Shown here piece by piece: positions 1-11,100 of a stretch of 53,614 nucleotides of DNA (positions are counted from its first letter, which is position 1; each line of letters opens with the position of its first letter). The translations under genes and the position numbers were made by a program. The stretch lies in IMG/VR virus record IMGVR_UViG_3300017774_002291, positions 1 through 53,614 of that record, one strand, 5' to 3'. The notes beneath the pieces were generated by a model that saw only the letters and a list, made by a program, of their open reading frames with translations, was not told where the DNA came from and did no database searches. Source of the stretch: a virus (taxonomy: Duplodnaviria; Caudoviricetes).

Positions 1-1
1 A

Positions 2-3000
2 GCACCATATAATGTTGTCGGAGTGTATTCACCACAAGTTGGTAATTTAACTTATGAAACAATTTTAAATGTTAGTAATGTTATTGATTCACCAAATGAT
101 TTAATTGCTAATGACCCATTTGCAAATCAATTGTATCCATTAAATGAATATGGTCCAACAGGAGGTTATGATTTAAATATTAATTATAATGGTGTTCTTT
201 TACCTGTAAATTCAAATCAGGGAGAATATAGTCCAAACGATACAGTATTAGATTTAGTTAATGAATTTTTTATTGATGCTGCGTATATTGATAACTATTA
301 TGGTCCGGTTGGAGGTTTTAATAATATGTTTGGGGTGACAACCCAAATTTTAGGTCAACCAATACATCAACCATATGGGACAACATTTATACCTTCATCG
401 TATTCGCCTTACGCAATATTATTATCAACAAATCCAACGGGAAGTGATGGTTCGTTATCTCAAGATTCGTATTTGGCGAGATTGGGAGCTTTAACTCTCA
501 ACAAATTATTCCAAGATAGGATTGCTCGTGAAATTTTTATAAACACTGTTGGACAAGTTAATTTACAATCATTACAAGACCCTTTTGAGGCTAGTTTAAT
601 TGTAACCGGACAAGAACCTTTAATTTATAAAAATTGGAAGATTACGTCACCTGAGAACCCTATTGTTGCTGCGGCAGACTTAATTACTAGATTAGGTGGT
701 GCATATTGGCCTGTATCATTAATTCCGGGAGACTATTTTACAGATAACACAAGAAATGGTCAAACACAACAAACGTCAAATGCGTTAAATGTTGTTAATC
801 AATTGACCGGTGGGTTTTTAGGACCAATATTAAATAATAAAAGAAACCCCTCTGAAATATTTTTGGCAAATACCGGAAATGGACAAAGGTCGGCATTATT
901 TAAAAATATTAATTATAACCGTTATCAACCAAACTATAAAAAAGATTATGGTGGGTTATTAGGTATTGGACAAGCGATTATTAGTTTAATCAATCCTGAT
1001 AATGGAACTTTAGTTGGTGGTTATTATGTTGGTAGTAGAAATTCTGAACCATCTACAATAACTTCACCTCCTAATCAAGTTCCTGTAAATGCTTTTGGAC
1101 AACAAGAACAAGTTCCAGTATATGGTCCATCTGAGATGGGTATTTTATTTGAGGGTAATCAAGATACTCTTAAATTTGGACTTGCGGCAAAATCATTAAG
1201 TGATGGTGGTGGTATTGATGGACAATTTGTTTGGACATCACCAAAATATAAACCAAATGCGGGGTTCAAAGCAACTCCCGGAGGTGGCTCAGGTTCAGCG
1301 GATTCCGAATTTAATTTAATTAGTAGTAATTATCTTAAAGACGAATCAACTAATTTTGTGTTTAAATCAACATCAATTTTAGATGAAACTCAAAGATTAG
1401 TTAACTCTGCGGATAACGTTCAAGGAATTTCAAGACTAAAACACGTTGGTAACGCAATCAATCAAGTTAGTAAAGTGTTTCACGATGGTTATAAAGAAAT
1501 TACAAAAGGTTCCCAAGTTGTGTCGTATAAAGACCAAACAACAGGTGGAGAGGCGGGTATTGAGTATTGTAGAGTTTTTACAAAAGATACTCCATATTAC
1601 ACCTATAATGATTTACAAAAAGTTGATGGTATTACAACATCAGGTAGAAAATTCGCTAGTTCAGTACTTGATAACACTTTTAATTTAAATATTTCACCAA
1701 CAAGAAATCCGGGGTCAACAAATATCATTGCCGATAATGCAAATGGTATTGGTGGATATGCTAAAAAATATATGTTCTCAATTGAGAATTTAGCGTGGAG
1801 AACATCAAGTAAACAAGGGTATACTTATGATGAATTACCTGTTTGTGAAAAAGGTCCAAATGGGGGTAGAGTTATGTGGTTTCCACCATATGACATTAAA
1901 TTTAATGATACAAGTAATGCCAATTGGACTGAAACATCTTTCTTAGGTAGACCTGAACCAATCTATACATATAAAGACACTAAAAGAAGTGGAACATTAA
2001 ATTGGAAAATAATTGTTGACCACCCTTCTGTAATGAATGTTGTTGTTGAAAAACAATTAAAAGGACAAAATAAAGAAAGGGTTAATTCTATAATTGATTC
2101 GTTTTTTGCGGGTTGTGTTAAGTACGATATTTATGAATTAGCTAAAAAATTCAACACTGTCCCAACAAAAGATTTGTACACTTATCAACAGATATTAAAC
2201 GACCCTAATTTAGATAAGAATACCGCAAAAGAGGTTATTAGTAATATTAAGGGGCAACCTTCTGTTGGTACTGTCACAACTGGTAATGGAGACCCTAAAT
2301 TAAACCCCGAGTTGTCTATTGCTGATTTAAAAAATTATGAAAATTTTGGGTTTTATTTTGATAACGATATTCCGGGGCCACATACTAAAACTAATCCAAT
2401 TCCAGATTCAAAATATAAATCGGATTATGATAGTTATACAAGTAGTTCGACTCAAGATACATATGTTGCAATTTCAAGTAAGACATTTAGTCCTCAAAGT
2501 ACTAATTTAAATGTTAAGGAATTTTTTCAAAATGTTGTTATTGATAATTTTAATTACATAAACAGTAATTTTATTGAGGATGCTTTTAAAATTTTAAATG
2601 AAAAAACAGGAAAAATAAAAATAATGTTAACCTCTGGAGCGTCTGCGCCAGCAAGTCCTGATTACAATAAAGCATTGTCAAAAAGAAGAGGAAATTCGGT
2701 TATTGATTATTTAACAACAACTAAATTAGGTAAATTTATTACTGAAGATAAAACTTTAACATTTTCAGACGTAAATGCTATGGGTGAAGACGGAGAGGCT
2801 ATTCCAATGACATCAAAAGGTGCGGGGGCTTCGGTTACTTGTACTAATAATATTACAGATAAAAATAATAAAGTAACAAGTGATTCGCAATGGTATTCTG
2901 TTGCTGCTATGGCTTGTAGAAGAGTTGTGATGAGTAAAATTGAGGTTACACCAATACCATCGGATAAACCTGTTGAGGTTGTTGAAAAACCAATCGTTGA

Positions 3001-4852
3001 ACAAAAAACAACAACACCATCAACAGCCCCAAAACCAAAACCAAAACCAACATATAGAACAGAAAAAACAATAAAAGAAGGTATTAGTAAATTAATTTTA
3101 AGAAGATTACTTTCTGAATGTGATTATTTTGATGTTGTTAAGAAAGAGGTTCCTATGTTATATGATTCTATTCAGGAAAAAATTAAATATTTTAACCCTG
3201 CGTTTCACTCTATGACACCCGAAGGATTAAACTCTCGTTTAACTTTCTTGAATCAATGTGTTCGTCCTGGTGAAACAATTCCTGTTATTGGAGATAAAGG
3301 ACAGATAGTTGCAAATGATGCGTTAAATACCTCTTTTGGTGCTCCACCGGTATTAGTATTAAGGATTGGTGATTTCTATAATTGTAAAATAATCCCTAAA
3401 AGTGTTGCATTCTCATATGAACCATTAGTTTTTGATTTAAATCCGGAAGGGATTGGTGTACAACCAATGATTGCGAATGTCTCAATGAATTTTGAAATAA
3501 TTGGTGGTATGGGTCTTGAAAAACCGGTTGAAGAATTACAAAATGCTTTATCGTTTAATTACTACGCAAATACTGAAATTTATGATGAACGAGCTAAAGC
3601 GACGGACGATAGTTGGAAAAAATTAGACAAACAATACTTTCAAGAGTTAATTGATGAACAACCTACGGTAACTCAAGTTGATAATCAACAAACAAATTCT
3701 GCTGGGGAAACTATTGGACAAATTCAGACAACTGTTAATAGTACTAGTGGTCAAACTGGTGATATTACCTATATGAAAATTATGGATAGTTTATTGGATG
3801 TTAGTAAAGAATATATTGTGAATCTTGTAAACCAATATGAGACGACAGTTAAATCATATAATGGTGGTATTTGGCAATTAATGACTCAAGAAAGACAATA
3901 TACCGGTGGTGAATTTAATATGGGAACATCAAGTCAGTTAGTTACAATTTATGGTAAATCAGTTTATGAACAAAGAGTGATTGATTTGTTTTCAACATTA
4001 TTAGATGATATATCAAGTGGTACTAATTTTATTATTGTTGGTTTAAATAGTGTTTTTACCGATGCGACGGCAGTTAGAAGTGTAACAACTAATTTAACAA
4101 ATTATATTAATACAATGCAGACAGATTTCAGTAATGGTATTGAGGAAATTAGTAATAAGATTGTTGAACAAGAACAATCTATGGTACAAGTTTTTAGAAA
4201 AATCAATTATGTAACAACATTATCTGATGGACTATTAATAGATTCTAAGGCAAAAATTTACACAATTAAAGCGACTGAAGAAGTTAACACGTCGGATACC
4301 CAAGTGAGTGTTGATACGTTTCAAGAAATAATATTTGACTATGATTTAGTTGCAACTAGAATGAACAACTATAATGAAACGTTAAGTAGTGTTGGTTTTA
4401 ATATTATCAGTAATGGATATACAGAACCGGGAGGATTTACTTCGGAGGTGTTTGATGATTTAACCGATAAAAGATTTTTTATGGTTATGGCACAAGTTTT
4501 TAATAATAGAAGTAATTTCAACACATTTAAATCCGCGATAATAACTAATGAATTAGATAACACTTATAATAGGTTATCTAAAGAATTTAATAAAATTGTA
4601 GATAATTTTAAAGATAATGTAATAAAAGAGTTAGATATTGAGGAAAAAAATATTAAAAATCTTAAAAAATCTCCCGATTATGTTAATTGGGTTAAAAACA
4701 ACATTTATAATAAAGGAAAAGTACGTAAGTTTACATATACTACAGAACCTTCATCAACAAATGATGAGCAAATTAAAAATTTAATATTATTGTATAAAGG
4801 TAATAATGCGGGTGATAAAACAATTTGGACGGATAAAACTCAATTTAATTAA
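2..4852 (+). CDS. Large baseplate/tail-tube-initiator-like virion protein with internal OmpA-like domain (5'-truncated by window edge)
   Basis: Frame is open from position 2 (APYNVVG...), so the GTG at 23 is probably not the real start. Tube/initiator-like segments GRVMWFPPYDIKFNDTSNANWTETSFLGRPEPIYTY and PPVLVLRIGDFYNCKII...PMIANVSMNFEIIGG; OmpA-like YNKALSKRRGNSVIDYL...RRVV between them; directly upstream of LysM/gpX and hub genes. Confidence 0.6.
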   Translation, partial: APYNVVGVYSPQVGNLTYETILNVSNVIDSPNDLIANDPFANQLYPLNEYGPTGGYDLNINYNGVLLPVNSNQGEYSPNDTVLDLVNEFFIDAAYIDNYYGPVGGFNNMFGVTTQILGQPIHQPYGTTFIPSSYSPYAILLSTNPTGSDGSLSQDSYLARLGALTLNKLFQDRIAREIFINTVGQVNLQSLQDPFEASLIVTGQEPLIYKNWKITSPENPIVAAADLITRLGGAYWPVSLIPGDYFTDNTRNGQTQQTSNALNVVNQLTGGFLGPILNNKRNPSEIFLANTGNGQRSALFKNINYNRYQPNYKKDYGGLLGIGQAIISLINPDNGTLVGGYYVGSRNSEPSTITSPPNQVPVNAFGQQEQVPVYGPSEMGILFEGNQDTLKFGLAAKSLSDGGGIDGQFVWTSPKYKPNAGFKATPGGGSGSADSEFNLISSNYLKDESTNFVFKSTSILDETQRLVNSADNVQGISRLKHVGNAINQVSKVFHDGYKEITKGSQVVSYKDQTTGGEAGIEYCRVFTKDTPYYTYNDLQKVDGITTSGRKFASSVLDNTFNLNISPTRNPGSTNIIADNANGIGGYAKKYMFSIENLAWRTSSKQGYTYDELPVCEKGPNGGRVMWFPPYDIKFNDTSNANWTETSFLGRPEPIYTYKDTKRSGTLNWKIIVDHPSVMNVVVEKQLKGQNKERVNSIIDSFFAGCVKYDIYELAKKFNTVPTKDLYTYQQILNDPNLDKNTAKEVISNIKGQPSVGTVTTGNGDPKLNPELSIADLKNYENFGFYFDNDIPGPHTKTNPIPDSKYKSDYDSYTSSSTQDTYVAISSKTFSPQSTNLNVKEFFQNVVIDNFNYINSNFIEDAFKILNEKTGKIKIMLTSGASAPASPDYNKALSKRRGNSVIDYLTTTKLGKFITEDKTLTFSDVNAMGEDGEAIPMTSKGAGASVTCTNNITDKNNKVTSDSQWYSVAAMACRRVVMSKIEVTPIPSDKPVEVVEKPIVEQKTTTPSTAPKPKPKPTYRTEKTIKEGISKLILRRLLSECDYFDVVKKEVPMLYDSIQEKIKYFNPAFHSMTPEGLNSRLTFLNQCVRPGETIPVIGDKGQIVANDALNTSFGAPPVLVLRIGDFYNCKIIPKSVAFSYEPLVFDLNPEGIGVQPMIANVSMNFEIIGGMGLEKPVEELQNALSFNYYANTEIYDERAKATDDSWKKLDKQYFQELIDEQPTVTQVDNQQTNSAGETIGQIQTTVNSTSGQTGDITYMKIMDSLLDVSKEYIVNLVNQYETTVKSYNGGIWQLMTQERQYTGGEFNMGTSSQLVTIYGKSVYEQRVIDLFSTLLDDISSGTNFIIVGLNSVFTDATAVRSVTTNLTNYINTMQTDFSNGIEEISNKIVEQEQSMVQVFRKINYVTTLSDGLLIDSKAKIYTIKATEEVNTSDTQVSVDTFQEIIFDYDLVATRMNNYNETLSSVGFNIISNGYTEPGGFTSEVFDDLTDKRFFMVMAQVFNNRSNFNTFKSAIITNELDNTYNRLSKEFNKIVDNFKDNVIKELDIEEKNIKNLKKSPDYVNWVKNNIYNKGKVRKFTYTTEPSSTNDEQIKNLILLYKGNNAGDKTIWTDKTQFN

Positions 4853-4854
4853 AA

Positions 4855-5181
4855 ATGGTAAATAGACAAAATTATAATAGATATAATGAATTTTTATTAA
4901 ATGGAGAGCAAAGTGTTGTTCCATATATTTCTATTTCAAGTAAATCTTCAGATAAAAGAATGATTTATAAGATAGGTCAATCAAGATTGGATAAAATATC
5001 TCAACAATATTACGGTACACCAACATTTGGATGGTTAATTTTAGCAGCAAACCCAATTTTTGGAGGTGATGAATGGGCTATCCCGGATGCTGCTATATTG
5101 ACAATTCCATTTCCTTTAGTATCATCCTTACAAGAATATAAATCTCAATTAGAAAATCATTTCTATTATTATGGTAGGTAA
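4855..5181 (+). CDS. Baseplate LysM-like protein (P2 gpX / T4 gp53-like)
   Basis: 108 aa; RLDKISQQYYGTPTFGWLILAANP...LTIP matches the gpX/LysM pattern; sits between tube-initiator-like and hub genes. Confidence 0.75.
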   Translation: MVNRQNYNRYNEFLLNGEQSVVPYISISSKSSDKRMIYKIGQSRLDKISQQYYGTPTFGWLILAANPIFGGDEWAIPDAAILTIPFPLVSSLQEYKSQLENHFYYYGR

Positions 5182-8100
5182 CTCTGAAAATATCTTAGTC
5201 GAATTTGACTATAACAATATTACAATTATTGACCCCAACAAAGTTATTGATAGTGATAATAAAGTAAAGGATAGGTATGTAAAACAAGAAGATTTAGTAA
5301 TGTATGCTAATCTTGAATGTAATGTTTTACCAAGGACTAAATTAGCTCTCGGTACCGCTAACAACGATTCTATTAGGACTGTCTCTATTGCTAAAATTAA
5401 TTTTTTAAAACCGGGTGATAAACCATATTTAGATAATTCATATACTGATGAAATAACAGGTAAAGGTGCGATAAAAGGTGAAGGTGTTAATCAACCAACT
5501 TTTAATAGTATTACAAACCCAAATAACAGTGATGATTTTTATATTAAACAAACGATTAGTTCAGGTGGTAAACCCGGTGCGACAGACAATGGTTTGTTAG
5601 GTATCACATCAATTCAAATTAGACAAGGGTTAGATTTTTTACCAACAATTGATATTACTTTAGTTGATGTAAAAGGTCGTGCCTTATTTGAGGCCGGTGA
5701 TAACTCACCTTATGCAGCTTTTTTTAATTTACCATATCCATTATTTCATTTAACAATTAAAGGGTATTTTGGTAAAGCGGTTAGGTTGGGGTTAATGTTA
5801 CAAAATTTCACAACAACATATGATTCTAACACCGCTAATTTTACAGTTGCTTTAAAGTTTTATACCTATAAATATACTGTTTTGAGCGATATAACTATGG
5901 GCGCTCTTTTAGCAACACCACATATGTATCAATCAAGATTTAATATTAGTAGAACTAGTGGTGGTCCATCAAAAACTACTAAAACTGATGAAGTTGTTGT
6001 TGAAAGAGGTTATCAAAAAGTTAGAGAAATGTATAGTGAATATAAATCAAAAGGTTTAATACCTAATGATTTTCCTGAAATCACATTAATGCAAATGAAG
6101 GATAGAATTGAAAACTTTATCAAAAATGTTCTTGATTCGTTTACAAAACAAAACTTAGACCCATTAACCAATTTGGATACTTACGCAACTCAATTAAGGG
6201 ACTATCAAAAAGAAGTGTTTTATAATGTAAAAACTTCGTGGTTTAATGAGTTTATGGATACAGAGAATTATTATATTTTAAATAAATTATCAACAAAAGT
6301 TTATACCTTCAAGAAAAACTTAGATGAACAAAAGAAAAGTGAGGCAATTTCAAAATTAAAAGGGTTGATTGAAAAGTATAACAAACTACTTAATGAAAAT
6401 GTTACTTGTGGTAATGTGAACGGTAAAGGTAGTTATACAATCAACGGGAAAGTAACAAAATGTTCTATTCCTAATAGTGTTAAATACGAAACAAAAGGTG
6501 TTTTTACAATAGATATTAACTCTAACGATATTAATTTAACTGAAACTTATAAATTACAAAGAAAAAATAATCAACCAACACCTGAAGATTTAACAAAATT
6601 TCAGGAGGAATTACAAACCGCGAATAAATTTAATAATACAACTATAATTCTTAAAAATGGTGCAAACCAAGTTATTCAAAATTACTTTGTATTTGAAGGA
6701 ACTGGGTCTTTTATTGATTTAACTGAAAAAATGAATAAAGATTTAACAACCAATCGAGGATTGGTTGAAGAGGCGTTAACTCAAGCACTTGCTGAATTAT
6801 TGGAGAATAAGGACAATGGTATTGGGTTTGTACCGACGATTAGAAATGTGTTGGCGGTTATTTTTGCAAATGGTGAGGCGTTCTTACGTTTAATGGATGA
6901 TGTTCACACAACAGCGTGGGCACAAAGAGATTCTAAAATTAGAAAAGGTGTTATTTTTGACAAACAAATTGCAAACGCAAGTGCGGATAATAAGAGTTCG
7001 GGTGATGATAAAAATCAACCTGTTTATCCTTGGCCTCAAGTTATTAAACAAACTACCGGAGAAAAAGGTCAGGAAAAATATGAATTAAGATACCCTGGTG
7101 ATAGTGATATTATTGGAGAGACCAAAGGTTATTTATATGATGTTTGGCCTGAAATAGAATTTGTTGAAGAATTTATTAAGGGTATGACTCAAAAAACACC
7201 ACCTCCACCACCTCCGACTAAAACTTCTAATGATACAAAAGATATAAATAGAATTTCGTTAGGTGCGATTGAGTTTCCAATAAGTGATGAGGTTTACCAA
7301 AATAAAGTTGTTAGTAAATTTATTTATGAAATTTATGAAAGAGCGTTATTAACATCTCACTACTCTAAATTAGATAGAAGTAATAATTTAACATCAGATG
7401 CTGATAAAGTTTCAAATGTTATTGGTGAGGGAGAAAACATTAATATATCAAAGAGTGTTTCTGATAATAGTGATGTTGAATTAATTAAAACTTTAAAAGA
7501 ATATAACCTTAACGCATCTAATTTTGAAAATGTTTTAAAACACATATCAAATGAGGGGGTATCGGTTAGTTGGCAAAATTATATCCGAGGAATTTTTAAT
7601 ACGGGGTATATAAAAAATATTGTTGAAAATGCGTCTTTCTCGTTTAAAACATATGATGAGATAAACGATTCAAAATCACAACCATTAGTGTCTCTAAGTA
7701 ATGAAAAAGATATTGCGGATTATATTTCAAATTCTACGACATCTAATAAATATGACTTTGCGGACATTTATCCATTTACAGATAAAACTTGGATAAAAGG
7801 TAATTTGGCCAACGGTAACTCAACGGATGAATTGTTGGCTTTTAATACAACAAAAACTTTAATTTACAACCCTAACAAAAAAATTGTTTCAAATTTTAGT
7901 GATACCCAATCAGTAGATATTAAAAAACCTATAACTAATTTTGTATATAAAAATGTTGTGATGCCAACAATTATTGATGACAACTTACGTAATTTTTATA
8001 GTACTAGAACATATACCAATCAATTACCAACGGAAGGGGATGTAAAATATTTAAATTATAATGGTCTTGTTAGTAGTTATCAAACTACATCAATTTTTAA

Positions 8101-11100
8101 CACACCATATTTTATAAACGCAATTCAAGAAGGTGTTGAAAATAGTAAAAATGGTGGAACTAATCCTTATGTTAGTGCTTCCTACTTGTTTATTAATAGT
8201 TTACCTTTATCAACATTAAGAGAAAAATATAAAAATTACACAGGTAATGAATCAGTTTATTCTGATGAGAGTTTAGATTATATATTTGCGTCTATGAAGA
8301 AATTTGCTGCGGTTCATAAAGTTCCGTATGCTTGGGTATTAAAAATAGGTTCTATTTGGCATCGTTATAAAAAATATGTTAATACTAATGTTGATATTTT
8401 AGATAATTGTTGGAAAACTTTTGATGCGGTGAAAAATTATGACCCACTTAATAATAGTGCGTCAACAGTTTATAATTTTACAATACCCGGACAAGTATCG
8501 GCAACTACTATGGTGTTGGAAACCACTAGTTTAATACCGACAATACCTCTTGGTAGTAATAACACCCAAACAATAATTAATACAGGGTTTTATCCTAAAT
8601 TAATTAATGATTTTAATGTTTTTTATCAAGGGTATAATGTTTATACAGGTTACACTAGTTCTGATATTCAAAATGGGTTTAATGAAGGTATATTGTTAAA
8701 TTATGTTCCTGAGGCGGTTATAAATAATGTAGATGGGGTTACAACCGGTAATAGTAGAACTATTTCAGTAATTCCTTGGTCTGTGTCTATTGTTGCTGAT
8801 TATGGGCAATATATCTATGTTCTACCTTCTCACGGAGGATTGATTAACCAAACTAAAAATGAGTGTTTTGATACGTCAGATAATTTAGTTTATCAAGTCA
8901 CCGGTAATACCGCAATGTATGATGGTTCTGTTAGATTATTTTGGGCATCACCTAATTATGGGTATTTTGATAATAGTAAAGTTATAAAACCGGAACCTAT
9001 TCACTATCTAAAGCAAATCTTTTCAGGACAAAGTGCCCAAGAGAATTTCTCAATCAATGGGGTTAGTAAGGACTATACAAAAATTAGTGAAATTTTTTCA
9101 GTTTTTGATAGAGATGCTTTAGATAACTTTGAAAAAGAGTTTTTAAATTTCTCAATATCTATCTATGATTATGAGACAGATAAAAACTCAACAGATACTG
9201 AAACACAAAAATCTTTTAAAAATTTTCAATCATTAATGAGAAATATGATGAAAATTCCAAATACATCAACAAATAATGTGGAATGGGTGGAAAATGTTCA
9301 AGATAAACAGTTAACAAATATTTCAAACATAATTTCTCAATTTTTAAATTATGATGTTTATTTTAAATTAGGTAATCCATCGTCATTTAACAAACAATTG
9401 TTTTATACGTTTTCAACTAATCATAGAATTGAAACTCCGATTACTTGGGATTATTATAGATATGTTACACCAAATTCGTTACCTACGGAAACAACGTTAA
9501 ACAATTCTATTAATACTAACCCATTAGAATGGGCGGCTTTAGAGACATACGTTGGGTTTTCTGAGATACCTCAATTAACATATAAAGATGGTGGTTCATA
9601 TATTACAGATTTTTTTATAGATTGTAATGTGGCGTTTGATGTTTACAATATTGAAAAATTAGCACCAATTATTAAAATATACGCGACTCAAAAATTAAAG
9701 GACAACACTTTAAATTATGAAAAATTTGTTAAATTAATGGATGGTTATTTAAATAATTTGGATTCATTTAATGATAGGATTATTAATAATCTTATGAATA
9801 AATTACAAAAATCATTACCAAACGTTAATTTTACTCCACAAACTAAACCTGAGACGGTATTGGAAAGTAAACAAACTAAACTTGAATTATGGGAATCGTT
9901 TAAAGCAACAAACGATAAGTGGATTTCCGGAACCGATTTTAAAGAAAAAACATTATTTGAAGATGTTTTATTGTTAGATAGGGCGAGTAGAGATGTTGGT
10001 AATTTGGTTTTAGTGGATGTTCAAAAATTAAAGGATGATTTAAAAGAAATTAATGTTGCATCAACAATGTTAACGTATATCCAAACTATATTAGTTAGAA
10101 ATAACTTTGTGGTTATGAATATTCCATCATATGTTAATTTTTATAATGTTCAAGACGCGGTTAAGAATCCAATACCAAAACCTGAAGGAACTTTAGAGTT
10201 TGCAAATACTTTATTTGGGACATTTATGAATGTTGATTATCGAAATTCTTCCGCTAAGATGGTTTGTTTTTACGCGGGTAAACCAAGTGAACAATTAGAT
10301 TTAAAAGAGAATGTTGATTACCGTTATAGAAACGATGCGTTTGATTTAAGACGTGTGGATAATCCATTAGTTGAAAATCAAATAGGAAAAAATGATTGGG
10401 ATAAATCAAATAAGGTTGTCGGGTTTAATGTGGATTTTGGTCCTCAAAATCAGTCAATATTCCAAGGGTTTAATATTTCTCAAAATCCGGGGTTAGCTAC
10501 TGCGGAATCATTAGAAGTATTGAATCAAATGGCGAACCAATCAAATAATAGAGGTGGTGCAACTCAAAACACATCCTTGTATAATTTATACAAAAATAGA
10601 AGTTATTCTTGTACGGTAACTATGATGGGTAATGCTATGATACAACCTACGATGTATTTTAATTTAAGATATGTCCCAATGTTTAGTGGTCCATATATGA
10701 TACAAAAAGTTAATCATACAATTACTCCCGGACACTTTGAAACAGTGTTTGAAGGTATTAGACAACCAACAGCGTCTTTACCTAAGGTTGATAATTATAT
10801 TCAATCTCTTAAGACAACATTATTGCAATCAATAATTGATGAAAATAAGAAAAATAAACAGGAAAAAGAAAAGGCCGCGATTGCGTCGACAACTAATACT
10901 GATATTAAAAAACAAACTAATGAGAAAGTTGATAAAAATACTAAACAAGATGCGACAACTCAAAGTAATAGTTCAAAATGTCCTCCGAGTAGAGAACCTG
11001 ATGTTAAAAATAATAAGTATGATAAATTTACGATTACAGACAATACTTTAAGTACTAGTGCGACTTATAAAGAAGTTGTTGATTTAATATCCGAAAAAAC

